NCBI RefSeq assembly: GCF_006345805.1
Contig: NC_043009.1
Location: 60,140,001 to 60,204,000 of the forward strand
DNA length: 64,000 nt
DNA from: Octopus sinensis
Lineage: Eukaryota
Direction: 5' to 3'
Shown: piece after piece, positions 39,643 to 52,324 of the stretch
How the letters are laid out: each line of letters starts with the position of its first letter
How positions within the stretch are numbered: position 1 is the stretch's first letter
The notes under the pieces: model-generated
Told to the model about the DNA's origin: nothing
The model's input: only the letters and a program-made list of their open reading frames with translations
The model's database searches: none
Program-made: the position numbers and the translations under genes

Positions 39643-39982
39643 TATATAAAATCTGTTCTGTCTGTCTGTGTGTGTGTCTCTCGAGCATCGTCCATCTGAT
39701 TGCACTCAAATTTGATATGTAGATACCGACGGTATGAGGGCGTGTATAAGTCTTGAAAAAATTACAAAGATCGATTCCAGGTGAGAATGCGATCGATAAA
39801 ACCGTGGGAAATTGTTTTTCTTTGTAACAGAAAAAAGTCTATCTTTATTTCTTCTTTTGCTGGTGTCTCAAATTTAGGTTAAATCAGTGTTTATGGAACG
39901 GTCGGACAAGTTGTTTTGAGATAATTTGGCTTAAATGTTTGACAACTCAGCACCGTCCGTTGTACGGGGGGCGTTTTGCTCG
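39640..39982 (+). mobile_element. Non-autonomous Helitron-like element (343 bp) ending CTCG, inside (TA)n
   Basis: A^TCttatataaaatctgttctgtctg start and gggcgttttgCTCG^T end; homolog of 23564-23949. Confidence 0.8.
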
Positions 39983-40040
<58 letters not shown>

Positions 40041-40197
40041 ATATATATATTGCGTATATATGCGTGTGTGCGTGTGTTGGTGTGTGTGTACATACATACA
40101 TAATCATTCATACATGATGTGTATGACATGAAAGCAAGACATTATAACAGTTGCCGCTATATTTAACCAGTCACGCAACGATGGATATGGAGAAATG

Positions 40198-40232
<35 letters not shown>

Positions 40233-41102
40233 TTTAAAAAAAGAGAGAGAAAGCGAAAGAAGAGAGGAAAAAAGCTCACTCTACTGATAAAACTGTAAAA
40301 TACATTTTTGTAGATGGCAAAAAAATATGGATATTTGCAAATTGATGTGGCTCAATCGGATCGTTAATTGCCATCAATGTTTTTAGCGGAATGGATGGCT
40401 GTTGCTTTTATCTATTTTATTTTAAACGAAATATTTTCGTAAAATCAACAACTTTTAAGATGTTTTACCTCATTTAAAACAAAAGTAAAGAAATAATTCA
40501 AGTGATCAGAACAAAATCATAGCATTTAAATTAGATTATCGAATGCGTGTGAAATATTTCTAGTTTCCGTTTCCGGAAATGTCAATGAATATTTCGTTTC
40601 AATGCTTAATTTCCGGTAACATTCTATACCATATTCTGTTATTCCTTAACCGAATTAAAGAACACGTATTAAGCAAGAAGAAAAAGTGATAAATACCGAA
40701 TATTTATTCTTAAGCCAACATTCCAACCTACTTTATTTTCATTTATTTATTTGATTCTATATTTTTGTCATTTTTTTTTTCTCAGATTCTTTTTCATTCT
40801 TCTATTCTTTATCAATTTTGTTTTGTTTTTTTCCATCTGTGTTCTTAGTTTCATTACAGGATACGATAAATTTGAAAATCCATTATGAGAAAATTCTATT
40901 TGATTGACAACATTGAGTTAATTTCCAGATTAGATGTCAATGAATCGTTACAATAACATATAATATTTCGTTCACTCGCATTTATCTATTAATTCCTTTC
41001 CTTAAGCTTTCTGTCTTTTCTATCGAATTTTTCTCAATTTATTCATCTAGTTTTAGATGAAAATACGATGGAATGTATATATATATATATTATATATATA
41101 TA

Positions 41103-41162
<60 letters not shown>

Positions 41163-41233
41163 GAGGGAATATTATTCCAAACTTACAGGCGAAAATTCAA
41201 TTTAGAAATACTAAATCAAATTTCACAAATATA

Positions 41234-41271
<38 letters not shown>

Positions 41272-41461
41272 AAATATATACGTTTTATTTATTATTTTGC
41301 ACATTACTTAATCATCGTTATATGTTTTATATAATATTTAATCTTTCTATAATATGTAATTTTTCTAAATGGTATTATTTATTCTAATTTAAACATATAT
41401 ATATATATATACGCACATACATACATGCCCTGCATACATACATACATACATACATACATTT

Positions 41462-41640
41462 TTTTGTTGGCACTCCGTCGCTTACGACGACGAGGGTTCC
41501 AGTTGATTCGATCAATGGAACAGCCTGCTCGTGAAATTAACGTGCAAGTGGCTGAGCACTCCACAGACATGTGTACCCTTAACGTAGTTCTCTAGGAGAT
41601 TCAGCGTGACACAGTGTGTCAAGGCTGGCCCTTTGAATTA
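41462..41640 (+). mobile_element. Interspersed repeat fragment (unassigned SINE/LINE-derived)
   Basis: gaaattaacgtgcaagtggctgagcactccacagacatgtgtacccttaac recurs inverted at 63950-64000. Confidence 0.65.
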
Positions 41641-42145
41641 CTAGTCTACCAGATAGATGGAAGAGCATTGTAGAAAAGGAAGGAGAGTATATTTTAGATT
41701 TAAAAAGAACTTTGTTTATCATAATTCTGAAAAATAAAAGAGTTTTTTTTAAAAAAACAGCATTGTTTATGGGATGACCCAATATTTTCTGTAACCTATC
41801 GGCTCGATGATCCAAATAAGGAACCCTTACTTAGCCGCTAATCTTGATCGACAAACAGCCTAATCTTCCTCATGTCACATCAATTGTTTTAAAATCTTAC
41901 AATACAAAGAAGACATGTGTATCCTTGATAGTGCAATCCCAGATATTCTGCACTTCTTAAAAATGATGCTATAGTCACGACTGGAACGCCTTAGATGATA
42001 GATCGGGTCAATCATTACTGACGTGTAAAAACAACAAATTGCATTTGCGTGTGCCAGTGTGCGCTTACTATGCATATATGTATTATGTATATATGTATGT
42101 GTGTGCTGTGAGTATGTGTATGCTGTGTGTGTGTGTGTGTGTGTG

Positions 42146-42188
<43 letters not shown>

Positions 42189-42444
42189 AATATCCATTTG
42201 TGTCAGTCACGCCAACAGAAGAAAGTGGATAGTAGTATTGTTTTTATTGTCAAGTTTTAGTAGTTGCCAGCAATGATTTCAGGAATTATTCTTCAACTGA
42301 TAATATCGTCATCGTTGGCTTGAAAACATTTGTTTAATCACTAATTCCATGTTCAAAGAACGAAAACAGTTCTCAGCTTACTTGGTTGCTGTAACTAAGC
42401 GTCAATATTTTTTGTTTCTCTATTGTTGTTCCTTAGCTTCACAC

Positions 42445-42492
<48 letters not shown>

Positions 42493-42662
42493 TATATATA
42501 TATATATATATATATCTTATTATAATATATATATATTGATAAAAACGGTAAGACGACAAAAGAAAGAGACCTCGATATTATGTAAATAGAGGAATTTATC
42601 TGTAAATGTAAACTCCGAACTCGGAGTTTTATCATGGCTACCGAATAATTGTCACATACTAC

Positions 42663-42707
<45 letters not shown>

Positions 42708-42828
42708 TATATATTAATTAGGGAATAAAAATTCCGGCGTCACAGAGATTCAAATAAATTGAATTATTCTCGATAAGGAAATATATGTATATATATATAC
42801 ACAGACATATACACACACACACACACAC

Positions 42829-42893
<65 letters not shown>

Positions 42894-42984
42894 ACATTTA
42901 ATATATATATATATATATATATATAAATATATGCATATATACACACTCACATACACACTCACGTATGCACACAAGCACACGCAA

Positions 42985-43290
42985 ACACGCACGTACACAA
43001 GTAATTCCTCAAGGAGCTTATCATCAAACTCAACTGGACGTCCTGTTCGATCTTCATCTTCAAGGCTGAAATCTCCACTCCTGTATTTTGCAAACCATCT
43101 TCTGCAAGTTCTTTCATTCAAGCATTCTTTCCCATAAACTGAGTGTATGTTTCGAGTCGCTTCAGCCGCAGAGTTTCCTTTTTTGTACTCATAAAGCATT
43201 TTGTACCTTTAATGCTCTTTGGATACTTCCATGTTAGAAAGGGTTTTAATCAAATAAAGATTAATTCTATTATTCTGTAAAATATTATTT
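42985..43290 (-). mobile_element. Mariner transposase N-terminal (HTH) fragment
   Basis: MLYEYKKGNSAAEATRNIHSVYGKECLNERTCRRWFAKYRSGDFSLEDEDRTGRP is the classic mariner HTH; truncated by microsatellite. Confidence 0.9.
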
Positions 43291-43311
43291 AATTAGTTTA
43301 AGTACTCTCTT

Positions 43312-43687
43312 TCTACTCTTTTACTTGTTTCAGTCATTTGACTGTAGCCATGCTGGAGCACCGCCTTTAGTCGAGCAAATCGACTTCAGGACTTATTCTA
43401 TCGGTCTTTTTTGCCGAATTGCTAAGTTACGGGGACGTAAAACCACCAGCATCTGTTATCAAGCGATGTTGGGGGAGACAAACACAGACACACAAATATA
43501 TACACACACATACATATGTATGTATACATATATACGACGAGCTTCTTTCAGTTTCCGTCTACCAAATCCACTCACAAGGCTTTGGTCGGCCCCAGGCTAT
43601 AGCAGAAGACACTTGCCCAAGGTGCCACGCAGTGGGACTGTACCTGGAACCATATGGTTCGTAAGCAAGCTACTTATCACACAGCCA
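43312..43687 (-). mobile_element. Family-C SINE, full length
   Basis: Complete head, internal microsatellite and ...tgactgaaacaagtaaaagag tail. Confidence 0.92.
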
Positions 43688-45399
43688 CAAATGCATAAAA
43701 ATATTTTTTTTAATTCCATTAGACATTCAGAAATATTATCAAATTTCATTCAATTTTAAAATAGGTAAAATCGGACTGAACTTATGAGATGACCTGATAA
43801 AGGGTGTGTTAACCACTCTTCCTATTCTTCTACTGTACAATTTGTAAGTCTCATCATTTGGTATAATAGATTTATTTTTATTTTGGAGAAGATATGCATG
43901 GAAAAAGGTCATCTTACCTTTCTTGTGCGCATACAGCCTATTTGCTAACACACTAACACTTACATTGCTACATGCGAGATTACGTAAGCATTAGCGTGTC
44001 GGCAAACGGCTAAATGAACAAAACTATGGACACAAGTAATTGCCTACAAACATGCTTTCTATATTAAATAAGCTGTATCCGCTAATTCTTCTAAAGCTTC
44101 AGCAGCTGGATAATCAAGCAGTGAGTTCTATTAAGAGATGACTATAAAATTGTGATTCGTTGGTTTTAAGAAGCTGCTGTGATGTTTTGAATATTTGGTT
44201 ATTAACGAGGAGAAACCATTTGGCTTTAACATCGACGTTTCTTTCAAAGAATTTATTTCTCATAATGAGCCTTTTTATGGCTTATTGAAAGGAGGAAGAG
44301 CAGCGTTTGTGACCTTTTGCATGGCTTTGGAGACGGAATGAGGCAAAAAGGGACGAAGTTTTCCTTACAACTGTAAGGGGAAAGGATCTTTTCTTCCACA
44401 TTTTTGTACTTCCGTAAACAAAACTTGAAAGATATAATTTCATAGAATAAAATATCTAAATTGTCTTTAAATATGAAAATAAGAAAGACAAGTTAACACA
44501 AGCAAATGGATATTTCCTTATAATTAAACTATAAGCTATACTCAATAAACAAATAATTGACAGAGATAAGTTTCCCGCTTAATTCAATGATTCCATTAAA
44601 ACACAGCCACACAAAATTGCAAATTGGAACATGCAGCTACGAAGAAATCAAATTTTAAAGAAACATTATGCCAGAGAAACGAATGATAAATCTCAAGAAA
44701 AGGGGTCAGAGTGTAAGAGATAGAAAAGCGTGAATCTTACACACCAAAGTTTGCATGAAACCGACAAGTTGACAACATAATTTTGAACACTTAGTTAGAA
44801 GTCGACAAATCTATATGAGCCATATAGGACCATGAATTCTTACGTAAATATGACGTCGCCATATTCATTTATTCTCATGCGAATTTATAACTTTCAGTAT
44901 AACGAGCTTGTCGCATAAAGCAGCAGTATAAGCCTATTATGTGTTTAGTAGCTTTTACTGAAATGTCAACGAATGTATTTAGGAAAAGAGGACATTAAAA
45001 CTAACTGAAATACGAGAATATTCTACAGTGTATAAAAACTTTACACCCATTGGAATATATGTGTGTGTATTTGAGTCTGTGTGTGGCAGTGTATGAGTTA
45101 TAATTTTAAATTTTTATATTATATTATCTATATTAATAAAAGCGAAATTCTGTCTGTCTGGAATCCTTGTATCTCAGTCTACATATGCTGTACATAGACA
45201 TATTATTCCTTTTTGGAATCAGGATGATCTCAGGATTGAAACACTGCCCTCCATTTGGTTCTTGAACATCCAGCATTGGGTTGCTATTTCTAGCAGGTAA
45301 AGCGACCGTGAGAGGTACAAGAGTTACCTCCCTTAGCTTTAAGTTTTACTGAGTTTACTGAGGAATTTAGTGGATCTTTTATCTTTTTCAGTAATTACA

Positions 45400-45580
45400 C
45401 TGCGACCACACTGGGACATCGCCTTGAAGAATTTCAATCGAATAAATTGATACCACTTCTTTCTTTTTTATGCCTGGCACTTTATTGACCTCTTTTACCG
45501 AACCGCTAAGTTACGTGAACGTAAACATAGTAACACCGGTCATCAAGCGGGGGACAAACATAGACACAATGTCACAATAC
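45400..45580 (-). mobile_element. Degraded family-C SINE 3' half
   Basis: gaaccgctaagttacg...aagcggggacaaaca matches the family-C reverse strand. Confidence 0.7.
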
Positions 45581-46054
45581 ATATATACATCCATAAAAAT
45601 AATAAAAATATATAAATATATAAATTTGTCATGTCATTAAAAATGATTATTGAGCACATGGATAAAGCGGGCTTGTTTTTGGCCCTAGTATTACTCACTG
45701 AGGAGAACAAAGTGACCATTCACAAAGTTCAAAATCACTGTAATATGGGTATGTTCGATTCCATTGTCGATTCTTATCGTCTGTGGTACATGGTCTTAAA
45801 ATTTCACTGCCCATTCCCTCGATTTCGCCCTAATGTACAAGTGAAAACTATGGTTTTAAGTCGTTTTGACTGCTATCTTTAGCATACTTTGCTACAAGTA
45901 GTACTCTTCATTGTAAATACACACACATACACACACACACACACACACATACACACACACATACATACATATATATATATATGTTCAAAATGTAACCAGA
46001 TGTGAATCGTTGGTGATTTTCTTCCTCTGTCTTCCCTTCTATTGGACTTTCCTC

Positions 46055-46092
46055 GGTTTCCGAAGAAGAGCATCTGCTCGAAACGTTAAACC
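46055..46092 (+). ncRNA. Candidate minimal type-I hammerhead ribozyme (variant core) within a Penelope-type short repeat (~45985-46195)
   Basis: Stem I ggttt/aaacc, core CCGAAGA, stem II gagc-atct-gctc, GAA, palindromic ACGT stem III and a GUU cleavage triplet. The canonical core is CUGANGA, so U4 is substituted. Confidence 0.6.
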
Positions 46093-47058
46093 ATCTTTCT
46101 TTCCTTCCCTGAACGTCTTCTAATACATTACATGTACCATATCCTTGCGTTGTTGTGTTTTTTATGTTTGTTCTTTTTTTGGATTTACTATATATCTTCT
46201 ATTTAAAAATTTAAAAGAATTCTAAAAGTATTTCATTTCAACCGAATTTAAAGTAATACCATATTGATAGGGTACCAATAAATGCTTCATTATTATCGCT
46301 GTCTTGGGTTTGGGGTCGCAGGTCCAATTAGCCCTCCGCGGGAGCTAGCTCCCTCCGCAGGAGCTAGTATATATGTATATATGCAATATTGTATAAAATG
46401 AATATGCATACCTCATATGAATATATAAATGAGTATGTGTGTGTGTATATATATATATATGTGTGTCTGTGTGTGTGTGTGTGTGTATGTATATATACGT
46501 ATGTATATACATATATGTATACATGTGTTTTTGTTAGGGATGCGTGTTTTCAGACAAATAGTTTGACGTCATACCGCAATTAGTTTAGAATGAAAGGTTT
46601 AAATGTGTCCTTACAATCAACCAATCAGTATAGATTTCTGACCAAATGTTAATGTGGACATGCACAGTATGTGTGTGTATGTGTGTGTATGTGTGTCTCT
46701 GTGTGTGTGTATGTGTGTGTATGTGTGTCTCTGTGTGTGTGTCTGTGTGTGTATGTGTGTCTCTGTGTGTGTGTGTCTGTGTGTGTATGTGTGTGTAATA
46801 GCCCATGAATTCAGTGATCTGCATTCTCTATGAATTTCGTAAAAGCAACAACACGACACATTATGCAAGATAATTTCAAGCAGATTGAAAAAGTGTAAAT
46901 GGGTATCTCGTGAGCTGTCCCCTAAAATTAAAGCAGCCCAAAATAACGAGAAAATCATTAGGCTGTGAAGTTCTACCTCGTCCTCCCTATTCACATAATA
47001 TAACACCATCAGATTTTCTCTTATGCAAAACACTTTAACACTCTACTATATGAAAAAC

Positions 47059-47310
47059 GTGGAGGCGCGTGGCTTAGTGGTTAGGGTGTCAGCATCATGA
47101 TCATAAGATTGTGATTTCGATTCCTGGACCGGGCGACGCGTTGTGTTCTTGAGCAAAACACTTCATTTCACGTTGCTCCACTCCACTCAGCTGGCAAAAA
47201 GGAGTAACGCTGCGATGGACTGGCGTCCCATCCAGCTGGGAACACTTACGCCATAGAAACCGGGAAACCGGGCCCTTGAGCCTGGCTAGGCTTTAAAAGG
47301 GTGCATTTAT
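47059..47310 (+). mobile_element. CORE-type tRNA SINE with family-B-like tail, full length
   Basis: 12-bp TSD tata[t/g]gaaaaac (47047-47058 / 47317-47328). Confidence 0.9.
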
Positions 47311-48584
47311 TTTTTTTATAGGAAAAACATTCTGAAGCATGCTTTCATAAGAACATGATTTTGTTTGTTTTGTTTTGTTGGTTTGGTTGGTTATTTGTTT
47401 GTTTTTAATACCCAAGTAAGCAGAAAGCTGGTTTCGAGGTGGGGGGAAATGCTACTGTTAACGATTGCGATATATATACGATATGTTTTACGCTGATAGT
47501 TTTCTTTTGAGTGAAAATTCTGCCGAGGTCGACTTTGCCTTTCATCTCTTCATGGCCTATAAAATAAGTACCAATTGAGCAGTGAATTCGATATAATCGA
47601 CTTACCCACTCCCTTAAAATTTCAGACCTTGTGCCTGCTGTGAGAAAGGATTATTAAATACAAATCCATATGTAAAAATACATACATGTAGTGGATGACA
47701 AAATCGCTGGGATGGTTGAAATACTTAGTCGCCTAGCTTTACGCCTCCATCTGAAGTCACGCCTTGGTCGACTTTGTCTTTCTCTAGACAGGGTTCGATA
47801 AAGTAGGTACTAATGAAATTTGGGTTCTCATACTGATTATAATATATATATTCTGAAAATAATTCTATCACAAAGATTCAAAACATCCTCTGGGTACACA
47901 TTATAAGCGGATATCAACATTTTGTCTTTTTTTAATGTTGTTTTGCTTTCATTTTCCATTTAAGCTTTCTTTTATTCTGTTATTAGTTTCCGATAGCGAA
48001 TTGGGTGGACTCTGGACACAGCATTCCCTAAACGATATGGCCGTATGACTAAATTAGAAATTATTATTACTATTAACTATATTACGATCTCTGTTTGGTT
48101 AAAGAATATATACTAACATACGCAAACACACGCATAAATATATATATATATTGCATATTACGTAATGCATTAATTAAAACCATCGTAGCGAATGATAAAA
48201 CCAATGGCTGTTGTTAGATACGAGACCAATCTTCTATTGATGTCCTATTAAGATGAAACGCGGAATTGGAATATTCACTCAGGCGTCCTTCCATCTCTTC
48301 ACTCTGTGTATGTTAGTTTTTCTTTGAATAGATGTGTGTGAACATTGAGCATCAGTGTGTGGGGAAGGTCCCATTGTGCGTGTACGTTGCGTATTTCTTG
48401 TTTGGGTGTTTGTGCGTTGCATTTATACGTATGTTTGTAGTACATATCTTTTATGTGTCTACGTGCATATGTAAGTCTGTAGTGCGTATTATGTGTTTGT
48501 ATTTCCGTGGGTGTTCCTGCATGTGTGTGTGTGTATGTGCCTGTGTGTATGCCTGTGTGTGTGCATCTATGTGTGTGTGTGTGA

Positions 48585-48930
48585 GTGTCCGTGTATGAGT
48601 CTCTGTGCCTGTCTATGTGTGTGTTTATGTGAATGTATCTGTGTGTGTGTGTGTGTGTCCGTGTATGTCCGTGTATGGTCTCTGTGCCTGTCTATGTGTG
48701 TGATTTAGTGAATGTATCGTGTGTGTTGTGTGTCGTGTATGAGTCTCTGTGCCTGTCTATGTGTGTGTTTATGTGAATGTATCTGTGTGTGTGTGTGTGT
48801 CCGTGTATGAGTCTCTGTGCCTGTCTATGTGTGTGTTTATGTGAATGTATCTGTGTGTGTGTGTGTGTCCGTGTATGAGTCTCTGTGCCTGTCTATGTGT
48901 GTGTTTATGTGAATGTATCTGTGTGTTTGT
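48585..48930 (+). repeat. GT-derived minisatellite, five units of ~64-80 bp
   Basis: gagtctctgtgcctgtctatgtgtg recurs at 48597, 48677, 48741, 48809 and 48877. Confidence 0.9.
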
Positions 48931-50337
48931 GGCGGGGGGGGGTATGCGTGTGTATGTATATGCGATTATATGCGATTATATGCGATTGTATGCTTGTGTA
49001 TGTATATGTGTGTGCGTGTGTATGTGTATCTGTGAAGGTCTTCTTGCGTATTTATCTGAGTATATCTGCTTTGTGTGTTACACGTGTATGTGTATGCCTA
49101 TGTGTTCGTGTTTGCATTTAAATGAATGTTAGCTTGTGTGTGTGTGTATCCGTGTGTGTGCGTGTATGTATATATATGTGTGTTGTGTATGTATGTATAT
49201 ATATATATATGTGTGTATGTGTATGTATATATATATATATATGTGTGTGTGTATATATGTATATATATATGTGTGTGTGTGTGTGTGTATGTATATATAT
49301 ATATGTATGTAAGTGCGTGTGTGTGTACATGCGTGTACGTGTGGATACATATATACACACATATGTCTGTGTATATCTACGCGACTGTGTGCACATGTGT
49401 GTGCGTATTTATGTGTATGTGTGTGTGTGCGTGTGTCTGTGTGTGTGTCTGTGTGTGCGTGTGTATACATGTATACACACGTATGTGTGTAGATATCTAC
49501 ATGACTATGTACACGTACGTGTGCGTATTTATGTGTGTATGTTCCCGTTTCGGTGTGGGTGCGTGTAATTGTGTGTATGCATCAGTGTGTGACCGTGCAC
49601 ATACTAACTATGAGCATATATCAGAGTGTGCTTATCTGTATGCGTTAGTGTATAACTGTGTATGAATGTTTATCTCTCTGTGTACATCTGTGTCTATATG
49701 CGAGTGCGTAATTGCGTATGTCAGTGTATGGTGTGTCTGTGATATTTCTGTGTGTTTATGTGTTCTGTGGTTGCGTTTATATGTGCTTGTGGTTGAAACT
49801 ACACCTCTCTTAAATTATTTAGATCAGACAAGGCAGTATGTGTCAGAAACTAAACAGCTCAGAATTCAACACCCCCGGGATTTAATTACGTATAAAATAA
49901 TGGTCCCTGATCTGGGCTCAAGGCCAGCAATTTTGGGAGAGAAGTGGTTAGTCGATATAATCGACCCCAGTCGATGGCACTTTATTTTATCGACCCCCAT
50001 GAAGGCGAATAGGGTGAGAGTGAACAGTCGATTTTATCGAACTTAGCATTTTTCTTCTTTTCCTTATTTAAACAACATCGGGAGATTGAAATGCAAAGAT
50101 GAGGTCGGCAGGATTATAACTCAGGGCGTAAAATCCGTAAATAAAAACAACGAATATATTACTTGACTTTGTAATGACTCTACCAATCCATCGCCCTAAA
50201 TATAGTCTTTTCATTCGCCACAATGACTCATATATTAATACAAAAACGTATTACAAAATATTGTAGGAATGAACGCGCACACAGACATACACACATGCGC
50301 GCACACGCACACACACACAAATATATATTTCATCATG

Positions 50338-50571
50338 GCGGCGGGCTGGCAGAAACGTTAGCACGCCGGGCGAAATGCGTAGCCGTATTTCGTCTGTCGT
50401 TACGTTCTGGGTTCAAATTCCGCCGAGGTCTACTTTGCCTTTCATCCTTTCGGGGTCGATAAATTAAGCACCAGTTACGCACTGGGGTCAATGCAATCGA
50501 CTTAATCCATTTGTCTGTCCTTGTTTGTCCCCTCTGTGTTTAGCCCCTTGTGGGTAGTAAAAAAAAAATAT
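50338..50571 (+). mobile_element. Family-A SINE, full length
   Basis: 17-bp TSD atatatatttcatcatg (50321-50337 / 50572-50588). Confidence 0.93.
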
Positions 50572-50644
50572 ATATATATTTCATCATGTTGAACCGTTAA
50601 TCCCTACACATTTTTAATCTCTCCGTTTTTTTTTATTCTTAATC

Positions 50645-50680
50645 CTTTCTGTCGAAGAGCGTTGGCATGAAACGTCGAAG
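50645..50680 (+). ncRNA. Degenerate hammerhead-like motif in a second Penelope-type short repeat (~50590-50775)
   Basis: Stem I cttt/gaag, core-like CTGTCGA, damaged stem II and GAAACGTC with a GUC triplet. Confidence 0.35.
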
Positions 50681-50831
50681 ACATTTCCATTCTCCCCGAG
50701 CGTTAAACTAATACACTTGCTTGTTGTTCCTACACCTATCTTCGTCTTTTATTTTCTGTAAATTTGAACTATATGTGGGTGTCTGTGTGTATGTATGTAT
50801 GTATGTTGTATGTATGTATGTATGTATGTAT

Positions 50832-51425
50832 AAGGCGGCGAGCTGGCAGAAACGTTAGCGCGCCGGGCGAAATGCTTAGCGGTATTTCATATGCCGCTAC
50901 GTTCTGAGTTCAAATTCCGCCGAGGTCGACTTAGCCTTTCATCCTTTCGGGGTCGATAAATAAAGTACCAGTTACGCACTGGGGTCGATGTAATCGACTT
51001 AATACCTATGTCTGTCCTTGTTTGTCCCCTCTGTGTTTAGCCCCTTGTGGGTAGTAAAGAAATATATGTATGTATGTATGTATGTTTGTATGTATGTATG
51101 TATGTATGTATGTATGTTTGTATGTATGTATGTTTGTATGTATGTATGTATGTTTGTATGTATGTATGTATGTATGTATGTTGTATGTATGTATAAGGCG
51201 GCGAGCTGGCAGAAACGTTAGCGCGCCGGGCGAAATGCTTAGCGGTATTTCATATGCCGCTACGTTCTGAGTTCAAATTCCGCCGAGGTCGACTTAGCCT
51301 TTCATCCTTCGGGGTCGATAAATAAAGTACCAGTTACGCACTGGGGTCGATGTAATCGACTTAATACCTATGTCTGTCCTTGTTTGTCCCCTCTGTGTTA
51401 GCCCCTTGTGGGTAGTAAAGAAATA
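50832..51425 (+). mobile_element. Tandem pair of family-A SINEs (50832-51064, 51195-51425) separated by (TATG)n
   Basis: Both copies share private variants (atttcatatgccgc, gacttagcc, taatacctatg) and differ by two 1-bp deletions. Confidence 0.93.
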
Positions 51426-51552
51426 TATGTATGTATGTATGTATGTTTGTATGTATGTATGTATGTATGTATGTATGTTTGTATGTATGTTTGTATGTAT
51501 GTATGTATGTTTGTATGTATGTTGTATGTATGTATGTATGTGTGTATGTATG

Positions 51553-51583
<31 letters not shown>

Positions 51584-51901
51584 GTATGTATATATGTATG
51601 TATATACTAGTTGAGGTTCCCGGTAATACCCGGGAGTGGGGATATTCCCAGGACCCATTATAATGCCTAGTTTCTCTCAGACGAAAAGTGAAATCAAAGC
51701 AGGACAGATAATAGATGACGTAAGCAAATTCATTCACGAAACAATAATACAAATAAATACGCGTGGAATCGGAAAATGACAGTCGTTTGGTCAGATGAGT
51801 GGAAAGCTGCAAATATATAATCAATGGAAACATCAAGGAGGGAATTGTAAAGGAGTGCTATGAAAAAAAAAAAGAACATAAATGTTTGAAAAGTTTGAAA
51901 A

Positions 51902-52324
51902 GGAGTGGCTGTGTGGTAAATAGCTTGCTAACCAACCACATGGTTCCGGGTTCAGTCCCACTGCGTGGCATCTTGGGCAAGTGTCTTCTGCTATAGCCCC
52001 GGGCCGACCAAAGCCTTGTGAGTGGATTTGGTAGACGGAAACTGACAGAAGCCTGTCGTATATATGTATATGTATGTATGTGTGCGTATATGTTTGTGTG
52101 TCTGTGTTTGTCCCCCTAGCATTGCTTGACGACCGATGCTGGTGTGTTTACGTCCCCGTCACTTAGCGGTTCGGCAAAAGAATCCGATAGAATAAGTACT
52201 GGGCTTACAAAGAATAAGTCCCGGGGTCGATTTGCTCGACAAAAGGCGGTGCTCCAGCATGGCCGCAGTCAAATGACTGAAACAAGTAAAAGAGAAAAGA
52301 GAAAAGAGAAAGTAAAAGAGAAAA
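51902..52324 (+). mobile_element. Family-C SINE, full length, with A/G-rich tail
   Basis: Complete consensus match with internal (TA/TG)n. Confidence 0.93.
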
